NCBI GenBank assembly: GCA_039798785.1
Contig: JBDKFG010000020.1
Span: 32,001 to 96,000, forward strand
DNA: 64,000 bases
Source of the DNA: Verrucomicrobiota bacterium
GTDB taxonomy: Bacteria > Verrucomicrobiota > Lentisphaeria > Lentisphaerales > Lentisphaeraceae
Reading direction: 5' to 3'
Below, piece after piece: positions 1-9,642 of the stretch; the first letter of the stretch is position 1, and every line of letters begins with the position of its first letter. Under the pieces are notes generated by a model. That model was given only the letters and a program-made list of their open reading frames with translations, made no database searches and was not told the DNA's origin. Position numbers and translations under genes: made by a program.

Positions 1-1534
1 TGACCCACCAGGTGAAGTTGAGGAGGAGCTTGTGGAAGACGCGGGTGAGGAACTTGAGATCGCGCGAGCCTTTCGGCGCGGTCATCTTGTAGACGCGCCA
101 GGCGGCCCAAGCGTGAACCGGGGGATTGACGTCGCCGAAGGCGAATTCATAGGCGGGGATCTGGCCGTTGGGGTGCATGTACCATTCGCGAAGGAGGAGA
201 ATGAGCTGCCCCTTGGCGAATTCGGCGTCGATCTCGGCGAAGGCGACGCAATGGAAGGCGAGATCCCAGGCGGCGTACCAAGGATATTCCCATTTGTCGG
301 GCATCGAGATGATGTCGCGATTGTAGAGATGGCTCCATTCCTGGTTGCGTTGGCGTCCGCCGGGCGGCGGCGGCTGTTCCGGGTCGCCCTTCAGCCATGC
401 ACGTTGGTCGATGTGGTAGAACTGTTTCGACCAGAGGAGGCCGGCCCAGGCCTGGAGAACGACTTCGCGGCGGGAGGCAGTCTCCGGCAGGCGTGGGCGG
501 TAATGGGACAGCATTTCTTCGCGCCGCAGCGCCCAGATGGCGTCGAATTCCGGCCCGAAGGCGGGGGAGGGGGAGGGGCGACGCAGACGCAGTCGTATCA
601 CCTTTTCCTCATAGGGAGCGAATTGGAGTCGCCAGTGTGCCGCCGCCTTGCTGCCGCGAGCCGCGGGATTGATGGCGTCGGCTTCGCCGAGGATGATGTG
701 GCGGTGGAATGCGTCCTTGACGAAGGGCTGGGGATTCGGGACGCCGAAGAGTCTTTCGCTGTTGCTTTCGTTTTCGGTGAAGAGCCAGCCCAGGTGGTCT
801 TCGGCCTCGAAGCGCATCGTGCCGAGTGCGGGGTGTTCAGCGTTCACGGCGCCGTCGCGCAGGATGAGTCGGGGGCGTAAGCCGCAGTCTTCTTCGCGGC
901 ACCCCCAGCTCCAGGTGTTCCGGAAGACCAATTGACCTAGGACGTCGAGGGGCGCTTCATCGGGACCGCGGTTGCGCAGGGTGAGTCGGATCAGGATGTC
1001 CTCGGGGCCGGCCTTGGCGTAGTCGATCTGACAGTCGAAATAGCGGCCGTCGTCGAAGACTCCGCTGTCCTGAAGCTCGAATTCGGCTCCAGCAAGGCCG
1101 CGCCGGCGATTCTCTTCGATAAGCTGAGAGTAGGGGAAGGCGGCTTGGGGATATCGATAGAGGCCGCGCATCCAGGAGTGGGTCGGTGAGGACTCGAGAT
1201 AGTGATAGACTTCCTTGACGTCCTCGCCATGGTTGCCCTCTCCGTTGGTCAGGCCGAAGAGGCGTTCCTTGAGGATGGCGTCGCGGTGGTTCCAGAAGGC
1301 GAAGGAGAATCCCAGGCGGCATTGGCGGTCGCAGATTCCCATCAAGCCGTCCTCTCCCCATCGATAGGCCCGGGAGCGGGCGTGATCGTGAGGGAAGTAG
1401 TTCCAGCAGTCACCGCCAGCGGAGTAGTCTTCGCGAACCGTTCCCCATTGGCGCTCCGGCAGATAGGGGCCCCAGCGGAGCCAGTCGGCCTTGCGTGAAT
1501 AGGCGAGCTTGAGCCTCTCGGCTTCCTCGTCCAT
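1..1534 (-). CDS. MGH1-like/GH63-related glucosidase, partial (runs off left edge)
   Basis: Not in the ORF track because no stop lies in the window. Manual translation from ATG 1534 gives MDEEAERLKLAYSRKADWLRWGPYLPERQWGTVREDYS, and the frame at the window edge gives HKLLLNFTWWV; both motifs are typical of this family. Confidence 0.85.
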   Translation of the reverse strand, partial: MDEEAERLKLAYSRKADWLRWGPYLPERQWGTVREDYSAGGDCWNYFPHDHARSRAYRWGEDGLMGICDRQCRLGFSFAFWNHRDAILKERLFGLTNGEGNHGEDVKEVYHYLESSPTHSWMRGLYRYPQAAFPYSQLIEENRRRGLAGAEFELQDSGVFDDGRYFDCQIDYAKAGPEDILIRLTLRNRGPDEAPLDVLGQLVFRNTWSWGCREEDCGLRPRLILRDGAVNAEHPALGTMRFEAEDHLGWLFTENESNSERLFGVPNPQPFVKDAFHRHIILGEADAINPAARGSKAAAHWRLQFAPYEEKVIRLRLRRPSPSPAFGPEFDAIWALRREEMLSHYRPRLPETASRREVVLQAWAGLLWSKQFYHIDQRAWLKGDPEQPPPPGGRQRNQEWSHLYNRDIISMPDKWEYPWYAAWDLAFHCVAFAEIDAEFAKGQLILLLREWYMHPNGQIPAYEFAFGDVNPPVHAWAAWRVYKMTAPKGSRDLKFLTRVFHKLLLNFTWWV

Positions 1535-1594
1535 GGCTGGGTCTCCTCGTTTGCTCAGGCAAGATACAGGCATCCGGCGAGACTGCGCGGGATT

Positions 1595-2731
1595 TCAATG
1601 CAGCGGCAGGCCCGGGCTCGGGGCCGAGCGTTTCTTGCGGTCCGGGAGAATGAAGGTGAAGGCGGCTCCCTCTCCGGGGTGGCTTTCGACCCAGATCCGT
1701 CCGCCATGGAGATCCAGGGCGAGACGGCAGAAGGCCAGGCCGATGCCGTGGGAATGGGGCTTCTGGCTCCCTTCGGCGGTCTGGGAGTAGGTCTGGAAGA
1801 TCCGTTTCTGCGCTTCTTCGGCGATGCCGGGACCTTCGTCGCGGACGATGAAGAGGTGGCCGCCGTCGGAGTCATGGCTGCTGACATGCACTTCCTTGCC
1901 CGGTTCGCTGAACTTGAGGGCGTTTCCAAGCAGGTTGATCAGGACGCGGCTGATCAGATCTCGGTCGCAATCGACTTCGCGGTCCTTCGCCGGTGTGCAG
2001 ACCAGTTTCACTCCCCGCATGCGGTACTGCGTCGCCAGTTCGGCGAGGGCGATGTCGATCAGCTCGGCGGGGCTGCAGGATTGACGCAGCATCGGCATGC
2101 GGCCGGATTCGATGCGGGAGATGTCGAGGAAGGTGGAGGTCAGGTTTGAGGCCGCCTTCGCCGAGGCGCTCGCCAGGCGGTGGAGCTCGTTGAACTCCTC
2201 GTCGCCCTCGCGCTCCCCCATCAGTTTGAGGGTGATCATGATGTTGTGGATCGGCGAGCGCAGGTCGTGGATGGTCATCTGCACCATCTGCTCGCGCATC
2301 TGCTCGAGGCGGCGCAGCTCGTCGTATTGCCGCTGCACCTGGCGTTTCGCCGCCTGGAGTTGCATCTGGGTGCCGATCCGAGCCAGCACTTCGCTGCTGT
2401 GATAGGGTTTGACGATGAAGTCGACCGCGCCGAGCTCGAAAGCCCTGACCTTCTGCTCCGGGGTGTCGGTGGCGCTGACGATGATGATGGGAATGTCGGC
2501 GCAGGCGGCTTCGGCCTTGAGGCGCCGGCAGACTTCGAAGCCGTCGACCCCTGCCATCACCAGGTCCAGCAGAATGAGGTCAGGCTTGCGGAGGCCGCAC
2601 ACCCTGACGATGTCGTCGCCTCGGTTCAGGAAAAGCGACTGATAGGAAGTCTTGCCCAGCAGGCTGGCCAGCATTTTCAGGCTGACGGGGTCATCATCGA
2701 TTACTAAAATCAAGCCTGGTGAAGTATCCAT
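1595..2731 (-). CDS. Hybrid response regulator / sensor histidine kinase (REC-HisKA-HATPase_c)
   Basis: N-terminal receiver (LVIDDD, DLILLDLVM, KP), H-box HDLRSP, N-box NLLGNALKF, G1 DEGPGI, G2 GIGLAF. Confidence 0.93.
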   Translation of the reverse strand: MDTSPGLILVIDDDPVSLKMLASLLGKTSYQSLFLNRGDDIVRVCGLRKPDLILLDLVMAGVDGFEVCRRLKAEAACADIPIIIVSATDTPEQKVRAFELGAVDFIVKPYHSSEVLARIGTQMQLQAAKRQVQRQYDELRRLEQMREQMVQMTIHDLRSPIHNIMITLKLMGEREGDEEFNELHRLASASAKAASNLTSTFLDISRIESGRMPMLRQSCSPAELIDIALAELATQYRMRGVKLVCTPAKDREVDCDRDLISRVLINLLGNALKFSEPGKEVHVSSHDSDGGHLFIVRDEGPGIAEEAQKRIFQTYSQTAEGSQKPHSHGIGLAFCRLALDLHGGRIWVESHPGEGAAFTFILPDRKKRSAPSPGLPLH

Positions 2732-2932
2732 GGGCTGGCTCCGATTGAATCAGGTCGTAAGTGCCTTCAGCATCCACTCAAAGATCGTTCCGGGCGAAGT
2801 TAAATGCAAGCTCAAGTAAATCAAAATCGCTTTCATGAAGTCATAAATCTCCTTAGTGGTGCAACGGAGGGGACTTTGTCAGTGCTTAATTCATTGACCC
2901 CGCCCCCATCCAAGAACCGCCAGGAGCCCATC

Positions 2933-4033
2933 ATGATCAAGTCGCTTGCCGCTCTTCTCTCCATCATCGCCTTCAGCGCCAGCGCTGCGCCCCTCGATGG
3001 CCAGTTCCCCCCGCCGAAGGCCCCCGAGGGAAAATGGGAGAAGCTTTTCGACGGCAAGCTCCAGGATAGCTGGACCGGGATGAGCATGGCGATCGACTCG
3101 AAACTGATCTCCACCTCCGCCAATCCCGATCGCCCGGGGGAGTACATCCTCCACATCGACCGCGGCCCCACCGGCCTGATCCGCTCCTTGAAGGCTTACG
3201 AGAACTTCATTCTCGAGCTCGAGTGGCGTCACCTCACCGAGGCTCCCAGCGCCGGCGGCGGCAATGGCACCTCGGGCAACTCCGGCCTTCTCATCGCCCA
3301 CAGCGCCTTCCCCAAACCCGGCGGCCCCTACCCTGGCGAAGGCCATGAAGTCCAAGTCTGCAATCTCGGCAACGGCTCTTGGTACACCAGTCACGGCGAC
3401 CTCTTCACCCTGCCCGGCACCAGCTCCCAGGCCATCCCTGACCCTCGTTTCGCCGTCTCCCACGGCTGCGGACACCGCTCCATGCCGGTGGAATTCCGCG
3501 GCAGCAAGACGGGTGAGTGGAACAAGGTCCGCATCACTTGCGTCGATGGCGTTCTGCAGCAGGAAGTCAACGGAGCCCTCGTCACCTCGCTCTACCGCGT
3601 CAGCCCGCGCAAGGGCTACATGAGCTTCGAGAGCGAAGGCGGCGCAGTCGAGTTCCGCAACATGCGCATCCAGGAGCTCGCTCCCGACCCGGAACTCGCC
3701 GCCAAACATGTCGCACCGCTGCTCCCCGAGACCATGAGCACCGACTACATCACCGAACGCAAGGCCATCCCCCTTCCCCAGGGCAACTTCATCGTCTCCG
3801 TCGACGTCGCCGGCAAGAAGGAGATTCCCTTGTCGACCCTGTTCACCGGACTGAAACTCCCCGACACTCCGGTTTCCGGGCGTGTCGTTCTCAGTTCGCG
3901 CGAGGGCAAAGTCACGGTCGCCTGCAAAGAGAAGGAGATCGCAAGCACCGTTGCCGGCGAAGCCCTTCTCCATCTTGAGGCTGAAGGTCAGAAGTTCGGC
4001 CACGTGCTGCTCTTCAAGCCGGTGGTGAAATAA
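2933..4033 (+). CDS. Secreted DUF1080 / 3-keto-disaccharide hydrolase family protein
   Basis: Signal peptide from ATG 2933 (RBS caggag); motifs WEKLFDG, YENFILELEW, GNSGLL, GEWNKVRI, VEFRNMRIQEL. Confidence 0.8.
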   Translation: MIKSLAALLSIIAFSASAAPLDGQFPPPKAPEGKWEKLFDGKLQDSWTGMSMAIDSKLISTSANPDRPGEYILHIDRGPTGLIRSLKAYENFILELEWRHLTEAPSAGGGNGTSGNSGLLIAHSAFPKPGGPYPGEGHEVQVCNLGNGSWYTSHGDLFTLPGTSSQAIPDPRFAVSHGCGHRSMPVEFRGSKTGEWNKVRITCVDGVLQQEVNGALVTSLYRVSPRKGYMSFESEGGAVEFRNMRIQELAPDPELAAKHVAPLLPETMSTDYITERKAIPLPQGNFIVSVDVAGKKEIPLSTLFTGLKLPDTPVSGRVVLSSREGKVTVACKEKEIASTVAGEALLHLEAEGQKFGHVLLFKPVVK

Positions 4034-4283
4034 GGCGACCTGTGTCGCTCGAATTTCATGATCATAGCTTAGGGAGTTAGAAGCCCGGGGATAAGCGAGT
4101 GATGTGATTCCCGGACTTGACCCGGCTGCAGCCGGGGGAGGCCTTACTCTTGCAAATCTGTTCCTTGCCTGGCGAGAGCCTAAGGTGTCGTTTTTTGCGT
4201 CTCAATTCCCTGGAGCGGACTCGCCAGGCTCGGGAAGCGAAGCATCCTAAGCGTCTGCCCTTTCACAACTCAGGACCTTCCTC

Positions 4284-5534
4284 ATGCAACAGTTGACTCT
4301 CGCCCCGGCCCAGGCTCTGACCGCCGCCACCCTTGCCGGCACACCTTGCTATGTCTATTCGCAAGAAGTTCTCGAAGGACAGTGCCGCCGCCTGCTTTCC
4401 TGGCCCGTGCCCTTCGGCTTCAAGGTCCGCTATGCGATCAAGGCCAATCCCTCTCGCGCCCTCATCCGCCTCATTGCGGCTGCCGGCCTCGACTTCGACG
4501 CTTCCAGCGAATATGAAGCGAAGCGGCTTCTCGTTTATGGCATCAGAGGGGACCGCATCCAGCTCACTGCCCAGCAGCTGGCGTCACAGCACGCCGATGA
4601 ACTCTTCGCCGCCGGCGTCCGCTTCAATGCCTGCTCGCTTCGCCAAGTGAAGGAATACGCATCGCGCTTTCCCGGTCTCGAGCTCTCGCTGAGGGTCAAT
4701 CCCGGCTTCGGCTCCGGCGGCACCCGCAAGACCAATGTCGGCGGCCCCGGTTCGGCCTTCGGCATCTGGTTCGAACAGATGGATGAAGCCATCGCCCTCG
4801 CACGATCCCTCGGCGCACGCCTCACCCGCCTCCACTCGCACATCGGCTCGGGCACCGACCCCGATGCTTGGGAACAGGCCGCCCAACTCACTCTCGACTG
4901 GGCCCTGAAGATCCCGGAGGTCCGCAGCGTCAATATGGGCGGAGGCTTCAAGGTCGCCCGCATGCCGGATGAAAAAGGCGTCGACTTCGACGAGGTAGGC
5001 CGCCGCATCGGCAAGCTGCTTCTGCGCACCGCCGAAAGCACCGGACGCCGCTTCGATCTGGAAATCGAGCCCGGCACTTTCGTCGCCGCCAACATCGGCG
5101 TTCTTCTCGCCCGTGTCGATGACCTGATCTCTACCGGAACCGAAGGCTACACATTCGTCAAGCTCGATACCGGGATGGATGCACTCACCCGACCCGCGCT
5201 CTACGGTGCGCGCCATCCGATCGGCTTCCTCGCCGCCGGCAAGGGCCCTCTCGGACCCGAACAGGAGCTCGTCGTCGTAGGACACAACTGCGAGAGCGGC
5301 GATCTTTTCACCGTCGAACCCGGGGACGTGCTCGCTCCCCGCCGCCTTCCCTTGCCCTCCATCGGCGACTTCGCCCAGCTGGGAGGCGCCGGAGCCTATG
5401 CCGCCGGCATGTCTCTGATCAACTACAACTCATTCCCCCAGATCCCCGAGGTCTTGATCGAGCGAGGTGGAGAAATGCGCCTCGTCCGCCGCCGCCAGAC
5501 CCTGGAGCAGATGTTGCAAAACGAGGTGGAGTGA
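4284..5534 (+). CDS. lysA: Diaminopimelate decarboxylase
   Basis: GTPCYVY, YAIKAN (PLP lysine), HSHIGSG, EPGTF, GHNCESGD, GAYAAGM..NYNS. Confidence 0.9.
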   Translation: MQQLTLAPAQALTAATLAGTPCYVYSQEVLEGQCRRLLSWPVPFGFKVRYAIKANPSRALIRLIAAAGLDFDASSEYEAKRLLVYGIRGDRIQLTAQQLASQHADELFAAGVRFNACSLRQVKEYASRFPGLELSLRVNPGFGSGGTRKTNVGGPGSAFGIWFEQMDEAIALARSLGARLTRLHSHIGSGTDPDAWEQAAQLTLDWALKIPEVRSVNMGGGFKVARMPDEKGVDFDEVGRRIGKLLLRTAESTGRRFDLEIEPGTFVAANIGVLLARVDDLISTGTEGYTFVKLDTGMDALTRPALYGARHPIGFLAAGKGPLGPEQELVVVGHNCESGDLFTVEPGDVLAPRRLPLPSIGDFAQLGGAGAYAAGMSLINYNSFPQIPEVLIERGGEMRLVRRRQTLEQMLQNEVE

Positions 5535-5837
5535 GCTGTCGCTCACGCATGGTCGGAGCAGATTCTTTATCGCCCGGCCTGCTGGGCTCCCCCCCAGGGT
5601 ATCTTCAGCTCAAGAGGCAGAACTCTTGACTCTCGAGCTTATCCGGAGCTTGAACCTTCAATCCAGTTTCAGGGATTCATTGGGTTCAATCATGGGAACC
5701 GGCAGGGGAATTCCACCGGGAGTATTCATTTTACCCCTTATCGACTTATCGACGGGCCGAATCTTGTTTTTGCCGCAGCCGAGCTTATTCTGTCGGGCTT
5801 TTTTCCAAATCCAACAACGCTGTGGATCAAGACGCCC

Positions 5838-8120
5838 ATGAACATCCGACACGCCGCTCTCGCACTCGCTCTTTCCCTCGCCCTCGGCGCCAGCGGCGCG
5901 GAGATCGAGCGTATCGAAACCGTCACCACCACCGGCGAAGCCGTTTCGGAGGGGCTGGTTCGCTCCAATATGAAGCTCCGCTCCGGTTCCGCCTTCGACC
6001 CGGAAGTGCTGTCGGAAGACATCCGCCGTCTCTACGCCACCAACCAGTTTGCCGACATCGAGGCGAAATTCCAGCCCACCGTCGAAGGACGCGGTAAGCT
6101 CGTCCTCATCCTCACCCTCAAGCCCCGCGTAGAAAGCATCGAGTTCCAAGGCAACGCCGAGCTCAAGACTTCGAAGCTGGAGGACAAGCTCACCCAGCAG
6201 ACCGCCGTCCCGGTTGACGACGCCAAGATGGCCGCCGACAAGGCCGCTCTGAAGGAGCTTTACGACAAGAAAGGCTTCTATAACGCCCGCATCACCGTCC
6301 GCGTCCTCCCCGGCACCAAGCCCGGACTTGTGAAGGTCGTGTACGTCATTGATGAACGCCAGTCGGTGAAGGTCGACGACGTCGTCTTCCATGGCAACAC
6401 CGTCTTCACACAAGACGAGCTCGACGACATGATGCAGACCCAACCCTCCTTCTGGCGCTATCTCTTCGGCACCGGCTTCCTCAACGAAACTCTCTTCGAC
6501 CGCGACCGCGACAAGATCACCTCAAGCTACAAGGGGCGCGGCTTCTTCGACTTCAAGATCACCCGAGTCGAACGTCGCATGGACGGCAAGTTCGTCGAGC
6601 TTCACATCCATGTCGAGGAAGGCCTCGCCTACAAGCTCGGCAAAGTCAGCGTCAGCGGCGTCGCTGCCTATCCCCAGGCGCAGATCGACAACCTGATCGC
6701 CCCCCGCAGCGGACTGTCCTACTCGGAAACCCTTCAGAAGCAGGACATCGACCGCATCACCGCCGTCTACTCCACTGACGGTTATCTCGACCTCCGTATC
6801 ACACCGGTCCTCAAGACCGACCCCAAGAGCCGCGTCGTCGACGTCGAATACAAGATCTACGAAGGCAAGCCATCGACCATCCGCGACGTCAACATCATCG
6901 GCAACGTCGCCACCAATGAAAACGTCATCCGACGAGAGCTAGCCCTCCACCCGGGCGACAAGTCGTCGCAGCTGATGATCGACAAGTCGAAGAGCCGCCT
7001 CCAGGCGATGGGCTACTTCGACGACGTCGAGATCATCCCGGTTGAAACCGATGTCGAGGAGAAGCGCGACTTGCAGGTCAAGGTCAAGGAAGGCCAGACC
7101 GGCCGCCTGATGCTCGGCGCCGGCTACTCATCCGAAGACGATCTGGTCGGCACCATCGGCTTTTCCCAGTCCAACTTCGACATCGCCAACGGCTGGCCCT
7201 TCATCGGCGCCGGCGAGCGCTTCCGCGCCAACGCCGAAGTCGGCACCGAACGCCAGTCCTTCAACATCGGCTGGACTGATCCCTGGTTCAACGGCGAACC
7301 CATGGCCTTCGGCGTCGATCTCTTCTACAACCAGCGCTACTACACCGACTGGGACTTCCAGACCTTCGGCGACGAAGTGTCCCTGACCAAGCGCCTCGAC
7401 AGCATGCAGCCCTGGACTCTCCGCTCCGCCCTGCGCAGCGAATACGTCACCGTCGATCCTGACAACGATGCTTCCAAACGCTTGAAGGACGAAGAGACCG
7501 ACGAGTTCGTCAACTCCCCCATCTTCACACTCGGTCGCGACACTCGCAACAATCTGGTCCGCCCCACCGAAGGCGAGAACTTCTCGATCAGCACCGAGCT
7601 GCAATCAGAAGCCTGGGCCTCGGCCAACAATCTTTACAAGCTGTCGATCAAGGACGCTCTCTACTTCCCCGTCGGAGATGAATCGGTCTTCAAGCTTTCC
7701 GGTCAGGCAGACACCGCCGATGGCCTCTTCGGCGACGAAGTGCCGATCTACGAACGCTATTTCGGCGGCGGCATCGGCCGAATCCGCGGCTTCCGCGAGC
7801 GTCGCGTCGGCTCGAAAGAGGCTGGTACCATCGACGAGAACAAGGCGCCTCTGGGCGGCCAGACCTTCGCCGTCGCCACCGCCGAATTCGACTCGCCGAT
7901 CGGCGGCCCCTTCTACTGGGCGGCCTTCATGGACGTCGGCAACGTCTGGCGCAACGCCTGGGAGATCGAACCCGATGACCTCAACGTCACCGTCGGTCCG
8001 GGCCTGCGGATGAACCTTCCTCTCGGCCTGATCCAGTTGGACTACGGCATTCCGCTGATCAAGGCCGACGGTCAGGACGGCAACGGGCGTCTTCACTTCT
8101 CACTCGGTTACCAGTTCTGA
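5838..8120 (+). CDS. bamA: Outer membrane protein assembly factor BamA
   Basis: Signal peptide, POTRA-like repeats (VIRREL, LQAMGYF), barrel motif GGIGRIRGF, C-terminal FSLGYQF. Confidence 0.93.
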   Translation: MNIRHAALALALSLALGASGAEIERIETVTTTGEAVSEGLVRSNMKLRSGSAFDPEVLSEDIRRLYATNQFADIEAKFQPTVEGRGKLVLILTLKPRVESIEFQGNAELKTSKLEDKLTQQTAVPVDDAKMAADKAALKELYDKKGFYNARITVRVLPGTKPGLVKVVYVIDERQSVKVDDVVFHGNTVFTQDELDDMMQTQPSFWRYLFGTGFLNETLFDRDRDKITSSYKGRGFFDFKITRVERRMDGKFVELHIHVEEGLAYKLGKVSVSGVAAYPQAQIDNLIAPRSGLSYSETLQKQDIDRITAVYSTDGYLDLRITPVLKTDPKSRVVDVEYKIYEGKPSTIRDVNIIGNVATNENVIRRELALHPGDKSSQLMIDKSKSRLQAMGYFDDVEIIPVETDVEEKRDLQVKVKEGQTGRLMLGAGYSSEDDLVGTIGFSQSNFDIANGWPFIGAGERFRANAEVGTERQSFNIGWTDPWFNGEPMAFGVDLFYNQRYYTDWDFQTFGDEVSLTKRLDSMQPWTLRSALRSEYVTVDPDNDASKRLKDEETDEFVNSPIFTLGRDTRNNLVRPTEGENFSISTELQSEAWASANNLYKLSIKDALYFPVGDESVFKLSGQADTADGLFGDEVPIYERYFGGGIGRIRGFRERRVGSKEAGTIDENKAPLGGQTFAVATAEFDSPIGGPFYWAAFMDVGNVWRNAWEIEPDDLNVTVGPGLRMNLPLGLIQLDYGIPLIKADGQDGNGRLHFSLGYQF

Positions 8121-8187
8121 TTTTTCCGCTGCCGCCCTTGCCTGATCGCCTGGGCGGCGTTGATTGTCTCGCTCCAGGAGGATTTTC

Positions 8188-8628
8188 ATGGACCGCCAAT
8201 CCGTCATCGACAGCTTCAAAGCCTGGCTTCGCGTCCACGGCCTCAAGTACACCCGCGAGCGTGAAGCCATCCTCAGCGAAGTCATCGCCCGAAGCGGCCA
8301 TTTCGACGCCGAGGAATTCGCCGCGCACATGCGCTCCACCGGTCTGAAGTGTTCGCGTGCCACCGTCTACCGCACTCTCGACATTCTCGACGAGCTCGGC
8401 GTCGTACACAAGTCCACCCTAGGCCACAAGCATCAGCATTATGAGAGCATGGTCGACCGTCCCCATCACGACCACCTCATCTGTCTCGGCTGCGACAAGG
8501 TGGTGGAGTTTGTTGACGACAACATCGAGCGTCTTCAGATTGAAGCTTGCCAACGGCTCGGCTTCACCATCAACCGCCACTCCCTGCAGATCTTCGGCCA
8601 CTGCCCGGACTGCCAGAAGAAGGGATGA
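8188..8628 (+). CDS. Fur family transcriptional regulator
   Basis: SRATVYRTL helix, HHDHLICLGC and C-terminal CPDC; ATG 8188 follows an aggagg RBS. Confidence 0.92.
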   Translation: MDRQSVIDSFKAWLRVHGLKYTREREAILSEVIARSGHFDAEEFAAHMRSTGLKCSRATVYRTLDILDELGVVHKSTLGHKHQHYESMVDRPHHDHLICLGCDKVVEFVDDNIERLQIEACQRLGFTINRHSLQIFGHCPDCQKKG

Positions 8629-8682
8629 GTCCCTTTCACCTTGAGCCAGGAGTGGTCAATCGGCTCTCCGAGGCTGCCGGCT

Positions 8683-9381
8683 TCAGATTTCGCCGATCGA
8701 CACTTCTCGCCATTGGCCGGGGGCGAGATCGCCAAGCGCCAGCTTGCCGAGCTGGGTGCGGTGCAGCTTCAGGACGGTGCAGCCGACGGCACTGAGCATG
8801 CGTCGTACCTGGTGGTATTTGCCTTCGGTGAGGATCAGTCGGGCCTGTTTTGGGGCGGTGATTTCGAGGATCGCGGGTAAACACGTCTTGTCCTCGCCGG
8901 CGAGGAGCAGGGTGCCGCTGGCGAAAAGCTCCACCGCCGAGGCCGGGATGTCGCGATCGGTCTCAAGCTCATAGGTCTTGGCTTCGTGATGCTTGGGGGA
9001 GCAGAGTCGGTGGTTGAGCACTCCGTCATCGGTGATCAGGATCAAGCCGGATGTGTCCTTGTCGAGACGGCCGATCGAGGAGACCTGCGGATCGCGGCGG
9101 CGCCATTGCTCCGGCAGGATGTCGTAGATCGAAGGACCTTCCTTCTCGTCATGCGAACAGACCAGGCCGAGAGGCTTGTTGACCATGATCAGGAGGCGCT
9201 CGATGAAAGGGATCAGTTGACCGTCGACCCTCAGTTCGGCCGGTTCGATCCGTTCTTCCGGATCGCGAAGGATCAGCGTCCCGCGGCAGACACGCCCCGC
9301 CTTGATGAAGCCCGCCGCCTCGCGACGAGAGCAATAACCGAAGCGGGAAAGAGTCTGATCCAGTCGTGGAGGGCGGGCCAT
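8683..9381 (-). CDS. RsuA/RluB-family pseudouridine synthase
   Basis: S4-like N-terminus (RLDQTLS..CSRREA), NKPLG, GRLDKDTSGL, EGKYHQVRRM; start set at MARPPRL (9381). Confidence 0.9.
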   Translation of the reverse strand: MARPPRLDQTLSRFGYCSRREAAGFIKAGRVCRGTLILRDPEERIEPAELRVDGQLIPFIERLLIMVNKPLGLVCSHDEKEGPSIYDILPEQWRRRDPQVSSIGRLDKDTSGLILITDDGVLNHRLCSPKHHEAKTYELETDRDIPASAVELFASGTLLLAGEDKTCLPAILEITAPKQARLILTEGKYHQVRRMLSAVGCTVLKLHRTQLGKLALGDLAPGQWREVSIGEI

Positions 9382-9530
9382 GGGAGCTCGAGAGTTTATG
9401 TTTTTTCGGTTGAGGTGAGCCCAGTCGGGCGGAACCCGAAGGCGTCCGGGATTCCAGTCCAGGCTTGAGATGCAGAGGCGAGACTTTGGGTCGGAAGGGA
9501 TTCGGTGGAGCCTCCCGGGTGATCCGGGAT

Positions 9531-9638
9531 TCACATCACTTGCTTGGCGAGGAAGGCCGCAAGGGCCAACAGGATGAGCCCGGCGCAGACGCCGACGATG
9601 ATGGTCTTCTTCTTTTCGTTGTCGTCCATGCCGCTCAT
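9531..9638 (-). CDS. Small single-TM protein (35 aa)
   Basis: MSGMDDNEKKKTIIVGVCAGLILLALAAFLAKQVM; ggagg RBS; starts 4 nt after the stop of the upstream gene; codon usage matches the host. Confidence 0.6.
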   Translation of the reverse strand: MSGMDDNEKKKTIIVGVCAGLILLALAAFLAKQVM

Positions 9639-9642
9639 GACT

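Noticed and set aside
32..1498. Plus-strand ORFs 32..880 and 1202..1498
   Set aside because: Antisense shadows of the minus-strand glucosidase.
4034..4283. Lysine riboswitch upstream of lysA
   Set aside because: Conserved L-box sequence elements were not recognisable; only a generic stem was seen.
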